Shown here piece after piece: positions 58,859 to 64,000 of a DNA stretch of 64,000 nt. Below the pieces are notes generated by a model, which did not search any database, was not told the origin of the DNA, and was given only the letters and a program-made list of their open reading frames with translations. The DNA lies in contig CACMXJ010000004.1 of the NCBI GenBank assembly GCA_902617625.1, forward strand, positions 29,206 to 93,205, in the 5' to 3' direction. This DNA comes from an uncultured Pelagibacteraceae bacterium. Lineage in GTDB: Bacteria > Pseudomonadota > Alphaproteobacteria > Pelagibacterales > Pelagibacteraceae. A program made the position numbers and the translations under genes. The first letter of the stretch is position 1. Each line of letters opens with the position of its first letter.

Positions 58859-60187
58859 ATGAGTAAAAAAAGAAATAATCCTGAAACCATTGCCATACAT
58901 GGTGGTGATTACAGAAGTGACCCAACAACTAATGCTGTTGCTGTACCAATATATAGAACAACATCATACCAATTTCAAAGTACTGAACATGCAGCAAATT
59001 TATTCGCATTAAAGGAATTTGGAAATATCTATACTAGGATTATGAATCCTACTAATGATGTTTTAGAAAAAAGAATTGCAGCATTGGAAGGTGGATTATC
59101 TTGTGTAACAGTTTCATCTGGACAAACTGCTTCAAGTTTTGCTGTTTTAAATGTAGCTCAATCAGGTGATAATATTGTTAGTTCAACAGATCTTTATGGT
59201 GGAACAGTTTCATTATTTACACATACATTGAGTAAACTTGGAATTGAAATAAGATATGCTGATCCAAGTGATCCTAAAAACTTTGAAAAGGCAATAGATA
59301 ATAAGACCAGAGCTTTTTATGGTGAGACATTACCTAATCCATATTTAAGAGTGTTCCCTATCAAAGAAGTTTCTGATATTGGAAGAAAATACAATATTCC
59401 ACTGATAATGGATAATACTGCTGCGCCAGTGATATGCAAACCAATAGAGCATGGAGCGGCCGTTGTTATACATTCATTAACAAAATATATTGGCGGACAT
59501 GGAACTGCTGTTGCTGGAAGCATAGTAGATAGTGGTAACTTTGACTGGACTGCAGATCCTAAGAGACAACCTTTATTTAATGAACCTGATGCAAGTTATG
59601 GTGGTGTAATTTGGGGAAAAGCTGTACCAGATTTAACAGGAGCTAATGTACCTTTTGCAGTCAGAGCAAGAGTTTGTTTGCTTAGAGATTTAGGTTCAGC
59701 TTTAGCACCAGATAACGCTTTTGCAATAATCCAAGGTCTCGAAACAGTGGCTTTAAGAATGAAACAACATTGCGAAAATGCTGGAAAAGTAGTTAATTTC
59801 TTAAAAAAACATAAAGAGGTCACTAAAGTTATATACTCAACAGAACATGAAAAGAAAATTGCAGATAGAGCTAAACAATATCTTAAAGGTGGAAACGGAC
59901 CAATGGTTGGTATTGAACTTAAAGGTGGTATTGAAGCTGGGAAAAGATTTATTGAGTCTTTAAAGATGTTCTATCATGTAGCAAACATTGGAGATGCAAG
60001 AAGTTTAGCTATACACCCTGCTAGCACTACCCATAGTCAATTAAATGAGAAAGAATTAGCAGCAACAGGTGTGACTCAAAGTTATGTTAGACTTTGTATA
60101 GGTATTGAGCACATTGATGATATTATTGATGATTTAGATCAAGCTTTAAACAAGTCCTCAAAAGGAAATTTAAAAGCTGTTAGTTAA
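58859..60187 (+). CDS. metY: O-acetylhomoserine sulfhydrylase (PLP-dependent)
   Basis: 442 aa, ETIAIHGG, HSLTKYIGGHG (PLP Lys), AIHPASTTH. Confidence 0.92.
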   Translation: MSKKRNNPETIAIHGGDYRSDPTTNAVAVPIYRTTSYQFQSTEHAANLFALKEFGNIYTRIMNPTNDVLEKRIAALEGGLSCVTVSSGQTASSFAVLNVAQSGDNIVSSTDLYGGTVSLFTHTLSKLGIEIRYADPSDPKNFEKAIDNKTRAFYGETLPNPYLRVFPIKEVSDIGRKYNIPLIMDNTAAPVICKPIEHGAAVVIHSLTKYIGGHGTAVAGSIVDSGNFDWTADPKRQPLFNEPDASYGGVIWGKAVPDLTGANVPFAVRARVCLLRDLGSALAPDNAFAIIQGLETVALRMKQHCENAGKVVNFLKKHKEVTKVIYSTEHEKKIADRAKQYLKGGNGPMVGIELKGGIEAGKRFIESLKMFYHVANIGDARSLAIHPASTTHSQLNEKELAATGVTQSYVRLCIGIEHIDDIIDDLDQALNKSSKGNLKAVS

Positions 60188-61196
60188 ATTTAGTATTTAA
60201 ATAAAAAAAATAAATACTTGAACTAACTAAAAAAATCGAACTTATTTGGTGCATAGATGCAATATAAATCTGTGCACCATATAATACTGTAAAAATACCT
60301 AATATAATTTGAAGGATTATAAATATTCCTAAATAGTTAATAGATTTATATAAATCATGCATCTTGTTTATATAAACCTTATATAAAATCAAAACATAAA
60401 AGACTCCAATCAAATAAGCTAAATTTCGGTGTATGAATTGTACTAAGGATGGATCACTTAAAGCAGTAACTTCAAAAAGATTATTTAAATTGTTATCATC
60501 AGGAAAATATGAGTTACCCATCAGAGGCCAGGAATTATAGATTTTTCCAGCATCCATACCCGAAACAAAGGCACCAATTGAAATTTGTAAAAAAATTAGA
60601 ATTAAGAACAATAAAGGAATAAATATATTTAGTTTGTTTGTAATGTTATTTGATACGTTAATTTTAAGATAATTCCAATAAATTAGAGATAAAATCAAAA
60701 AAGCAATAAGCAAGTGTGCAGATAATCTAAAGTGACTCACGTCTACCCTATTAATCAATCCACTACTAACCATATACCAACCAATGAAACCTTGAAAACA
60801 TATTAGAAAAAATATGAAATATAGATTTAATAATCGAGTGAACTTTATTTTAAAAGAAAAGTAAATTAATGGCATCAAATATGCAAGACCAATTAATCTA
60901 CCAAGAAATCTATGAGCCCATTCCCACCAAAAAATAACTTTAAATTCATTTAAAGTCATATTGTAATTTTGTAATTTAAATTCAGGAATTTGTTTATAAA
61001 GATTAAAATAAACAATCCAATCATTTTGATTGACAGGTGGAAAAAATCCAGAAAATAATTCCCACTTAGTTATGGAGAGACCCGAGTCTGTGAGTCTTGT
61101 TAAGCCACCAACAATTATCATGAAAGAAACAATCCAAAACATCGATATTAACCAAGTCGATAATTGATTGCTAATTTTTGGATTTGTTGTGTACAT
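60180..61196 (-). CDS. ctaA: Heme A synthase (COX15/CtaA)
   Basis: 338 aa, 8 TM segments, GGLTRLTDSGLS, WAHRFLGR, and conserved His pairs. Confidence 0.9.
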   Translation of the reverse strand: MYTTNPKISNQLSTWLISMFWIVSFMIIVGGLTRLTDSGLSITKWELFSGFFPPVNQNDWIVYFNLYKQIPEFKLQNYNMTLNEFKVIFWWEWAHRFLGRLIGLAYLMPLIYFSFKIKFTRLLNLYFIFFLICFQGFIGWYMVSSGLINRVDVSHFRLSAHLLIAFLILSLIYWNYLKINVSNNITNKLNIFIPLLFLILIFLQISIGAFVSGMDAGKIYNSWPLMGNSYFPDDNNLNNLFEVTALSDPSLVQFIHRNLAYLIGVFYVLILYKVYINKMHDLYKSINYLGIFIILQIILGIFTVLYGAQIYIASMHQISSIFLVSSSIYFFYLNTKFN

Positions 61197-61239
61197 GGGA
61201 GGATAAATATAATAATTTTATTATAATCCAAATATATAA

Positions 61240-61530
61240 ATGTCGCCTTTAAAAAGAAAAAAACTCGTTAAAATAAGATCAGAATTAGACAAATTAGATA
61301 ATTCTTTAATCAAACTTATTAAAAAAAGAACTAATCTTGTAAATCGAGTTTTAAAACTAAAGGATAAAAAAAAAGAAATTATAGATAATAAAAGAATTAA
61401 TATCATTTTAAGAAATATTAGAAAAAAATCTATCGCAAATAAAATAGATCCTAAAATTACCAACCGAATTTGGAAAAATATGATCTGGTCTTATATTGAT
61501 TACGAAAAAAGAAATTTTAAAAAAAAATAA
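61240..61530 (+). CDS. AroQ-type chorismate mutase (small, CM_2 domain)
   Basis: 96 aa, IRSELDKLDNSLIKLIKKRTNL...DNKRINIIL, with an all-helical Lys-rich pattern. Preferred over the antisense ORF at 61221..61463. Confidence 0.7.
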   Translation: MSPLKRKKLVKIRSELDKLDNSLIKLIKKRTNLVNRVLKLKDKKKEIIDNKRINIILRNIRKKSIANKIDPKITNRIWKNMIWSYIDYEKRNFKKK

Positions 61531-61722
61531 TTATTTACTGTGAGGAGGAAGTTTTTTTTCAACAAAAACTTCATGTTTTCTAGTGCTTGGATTATATTTA
61601 CGCGCTGAAAGTTTTACTTTTGCTTTTTCACCGCCTGCTGGTTTTTTTACGTAATAAAAAAAAGAACTGTCAGGTTTACTCTCTGGAACTAATCTAACCT
61701 TCACGTGTGTTTTTTTTGCCAT
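61531..61722 (-). CDS. rpmG: 50S ribosomal protein L33 (Cys-less form)
   Basis: MAKKTHVKVRLV...FFYYVKK...KYNPSTRKHEVFVEKKL follows the L33 pattern. No Cys residues. Confidence 0.8.
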   Translation of the reverse strand: MAKKTHVKVRLVPESKPDSSFFYYVKKPAGGEKAKVKLSARKYNPSTRKHEVFVEKKLPPHSK

Positions 61723-62105
61723 TATTTGTATTTATTTAAATTTTTTACAATTTTAGAAATTTTTATAACTTTATTTTTAAAATTGTCACTTCTTATAGAA
61801 TTATTTGAAATTTCGTCAAGATTTAAAGTGTCGTTATTATTTGGATTATCTAAGATTTTTTTAACTCCATTTATAGTCATGCCCTGGTCTTTAAGAAGAA
61901 ATTTTATTTTTTTTAAAATATCTATAGTTTTTTGATCATAATATCTTCTATTTGAATTTAATAATTTAGGTTTAATCTGTTTAAACTGAGTTTCCCAAAA
62001 TCGAATGGTGTGAGTTGAGAAAACTCCAGCTTTTTTTGACTTTAATTCTAAAATTTCAGCTACTTCCCCAATTGTTTTGTAAGCATTCTCAGATTTATCA
62101 GACAT
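61722..62105 (-). CDS. MerR-family transcriptional regulator
   Basis: YKTIGEVAEILELK...HTIRFWE helix-turn-helix. Conserved position downstream of ihfA in alphaproteobacteria. Confidence 0.85.
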   Translation of the reverse strand: MSDKSENAYKTIGEVAEILELKSKKAGVFSTHTIRFWETQFKQIKPKLLNSNRRYYDQKTIDILKKIKFLLKDQGMTINGVKKILDNPNNNDTLNLDEISNNSIRSDNFKNKVIKISKIVKNLNKYK

Positions 62106-62394
62106 CTTTATTATTTATAAATTCCTTAAATTCTTTTGATGGCTTAAATAATACTACATCTCTACTTGAAATTACTTTGGGCTCTCTAGTTTTAGGGTTT
62201 CTGCCAACTCTGGAATTCTTTTTTCTTATCGAAAAAGTTCCAAATCCTGATAATTTAATTTTTTTTTCCTTTTTTAAGTTAAGAATTATTGTTGAAAAAA
62301 AATCATTAATAAGATTTTCAGATACTAGTTTTGAAAAACCTAACTGCATATAAATTTGATTAATTAAATCTTTTTTAGTTAAATTTATTCTCAT
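62098..62394 (-). CDS. ihfA: Integration host factor alpha subunit
   Basis: 98 aa, LTKKDLI, LSGFGTFSIRKK..RVGRNPKT. Confidence 0.9.
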   Translation of the reverse strand: MRINLTKKDLINQIYMQLGFSKLVSENLINDFFSTIILNLKKEKKIKLSGFGTFSIRKKNSRVGRNPKTREPKVISSRDVVLFKPSKEFKEFINNKDV

Positions 62395-62397
62395 CTT

Positions 62398-63399
62398 TTA
62401 AATATTATATTTTATTTTTTCTATCAAATTTCCTTTAACTATCCTGTTACAAACATCTAAAGAATTTGAAAAACCTATAAAATCTGTACCACCGTGACTT
62501 TTGACAACTGGTGAGTCTAAACCTAAAAAAATTGCGCCATTATATAGTCTTGGATCTAGTCTTTTTTTAAATTTCTTTAAATTATAAAAATTTAATATTG
62601 AAGAAATTTTTCCTATGACTGAACCGGTCATTGTTTTTTTCAACTCTTTAATAATAAAATTTGCAGTTCCTTCAGCAGTTTTCAAAGCTATATTTCCGGT
62701 AAATCCATCTGAAATTATTACATTTATTTTACCATCCATTATTTGGTTACCTTCGATATATCCTGCAAAATTATAGTTTTCTGATTTTTTATCACTCAAT
62801 ATTTTAAAAGTTTCTTTAATAGTTTCATTTCCCTTAAGTTCTTCCGAACCAATATTAAGTAAACCTATGTTTGGTTTTTTATCTGGATATAAAGATGTAT
62901 AAAGTGATGCACCCATAATTGAAAAATCAAATAAATTTTTTGAACTACACTCAATATTAGCCCCTAAATCTAATACCACGCTCATTCCATCTTTATTGGG
63001 CCATAATGCTGATAACGCAGGCTTATCAATATTTTGGATCATTTTTAAATTTAATTTTGCAATGACTAGCAAAGCTCCAGTATTGCCTGCAGAAATAACT
63101 ATATCCGCTTCTTTTTTTTTTACACTTTCTATTGATAGCCACATACTTGTATCTTTACCCTTTTTTGCTGCCTCTAAAGGACTATCTGTGCTCAAAACAG
63201 AATTTCCTGTATGAATTATCTCATAATATTTACTTTCAATTTCATCATTAAGTAATGAAATAATCTTATTTTTGTCACCAAAAATTTTGAAAAAATTTTC
63301 TTTATTATTTTTGTGGTTATGAATTATGCCATCAATAATTTTTTTAGGAGAATCATCTCCACCCATTGCATCTACTGCAATTTTAATCAAATCAGCCAT
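62398..63399 (-). CDS. plsX: Phosphate acyltransferase PlsX
   Basis: IAVDAMGGD, SAGNTGA, SDGFTGN, VKSHG. Confidence 0.95.
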   Translation of the reverse strand: MADLIKIAVDAMGGDDSPKKIIDGIIHNHKNNKENFFKIFGDKNKIISLLNDEIESKYYEIIHTGNSVLSTDSPLEAAKKGKDTSMWLSIESVKKKEADIVISAGNTGALLVIAKLNLKMIQNIDKPALSALWPNKDGMSVVLDLGANIECSSKNLFDFSIMGASLYTSLYPDKKPNIGLLNIGSEELKGNETIKETFKILSDKKSENYNFAGYIEGNQIMDGKINVIISDGFTGNIALKTAEGTANFIIKELKKTMTGSVIGKISSILNFYNLKKFKKRLDPRLYNGAIFLGLDSPVVKSHGGTDFIGFSNSLDVCNRIVKGNLIEKIKYNI

Positions 63400-63417
63400 A
63401 ACTTAATATTAAATTAT

Positions 63418-63600
63418 TTAATCTTTGGGGTCTATAACTTGACGGCCTTTATACATACCAGTTTTTAAATCTAAATGGTGAGATAATCTGTATTCACCTG
63501 ATTTTTTATCTTCAATTATATTTTTAGCTGAAAATTTCATATTTTTAGCTCTTCTCATTCCGGTCCTTGAAGGAGTTTGTTTGCGTTTTGGAACTGCCAT
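63418..63600 (-). CDS. rpmF: 50S ribosomal protein L32 (Cys-less form)
   Basis: [18 protein letters not shown]. 60 aa. Confidence 0.95.
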   Translation of the reverse strand: MAVPKRKQTPSRTGMRRAKNMKFSAKNIIEDKKSGEYRLSHHLDLKTGMYKGRQVIDPKD

Positions 63601-63602
63601 AA

Positions 63603-64000
63603 TTATGGGTTAATTACACTTTTTAAATAAGAATTCAAAGTATTTTTTGATAAATCTAAATAATAAATATTAAAATAATCCACTAATTCCTCAATATTCT
63701 TAAAATTTTCCAAAAATTTAGATACTATTTCTCTTTTTTTAGCATCTTCTAAATTATCCCAAAAATGAATATCAGACACAATGGCATGAAATACATTAAT
63801 ATAATCTTTCATCTTTTTATTAATAGATTGATCTCCATATCCAATTTCTCTTATACTTAATTCTAATTGTCTGAAATTAAAATCATATATTTCCTGTAAT
63901 TTTTTTTCATTCTCTTCGGATTTAAATACTTTTAAAAAAAAAGCGAAGTGAAATAAGAAAAGTAACAATCTGTCATTAAAACTATCTTGTTTATCAAGGC
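63603..64000 (-). CDS. Ubiquinol-cytochrome c chaperone (CBP3-like) family protein, partial (N-terminus beyond the window end)
   Basis: [21 protein letters not shown]. The frame stays open upstream of the track's TTG start (..[18 protein letters not shown]) to position 64000. Confidence 0.7.
   Translation of the reverse strand, partial: LDKQDSFNDRLLLFLFHFAFFLKVFKSEENEKKLQEIYDFNFRQLELSIREIGYGDQSINKKMKDYINVFHAIVSDIHFWDNLEDAKKREIVSKFLENFKNIEELVDYFNIYYLDLSKNTLNSYLKSVINP

Noticed and set aside
61221-61463. 80-aa minus-strand hydrophobic ORF overlapping the chorismate mutase ORF
   Set aside because: The plus-strand frame gives an AroQ-like helical pattern and fits the spacing to neighbouring genes. 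The minus-strand product is an Ile/Leu/Phe string, as expected from reading Lys/Asn-rich codons backwards.

Overview
Very AT-rich, extremely gene-dense chromosome segment. Spacers are usually under 110 nt and there are many ATGA/TAATG start-stop overlaps. Gene content and order are alphaproteobacterial (znuA / znuCB-zur, scpAB-tatABC-serS, yajC-secDF, tmk-holB-metG-tatD, rplM-rpsI, rpmF-plsX-ihfA-merR). Together with the streamlining this points to a SAR11/Pelagibacterales-type genome; that assignment is an inference, no database was searched. I support about 80 CDS, 4 tRNAs (Lys-UUU, Ser-UGA, Pro-UGG, Glu-UUC), a Zur-box pair in the znu divergent promoter, and SAM-II/SAM-V-like leader elements upstream of metY. 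I saw no rRNA, CRISPR array or transposase. About 85% of the window is ordinary housekeeping. The second-look regions are: (1) 47.3-53.5 kb, an accessory stretch that starts right after tRNA-Glu: GIY-YIG, glycosyltransferases, an FkbM methyltransferase, a Cre-like tyrosine recombinase, a roughly 190-nt GC spike (55% G+C by hand count) with GNRA hairpins and tRNA 5'-half-like blocks, a C-terminal-domain-only MGMT, and 460 nt without ORFs; (2) the znuA-COG0523-WD40-80 aa gene string behind the Zur boxes; (3) two copies of a perfect 16-bp palindrome between zur and a small membrane gene; (4) a reduced Anbu (proteasome-like) plus ATP-grasp pair. I cannot name a clearly new system from sequence alone, and all functional claims are homology recognition by eye.
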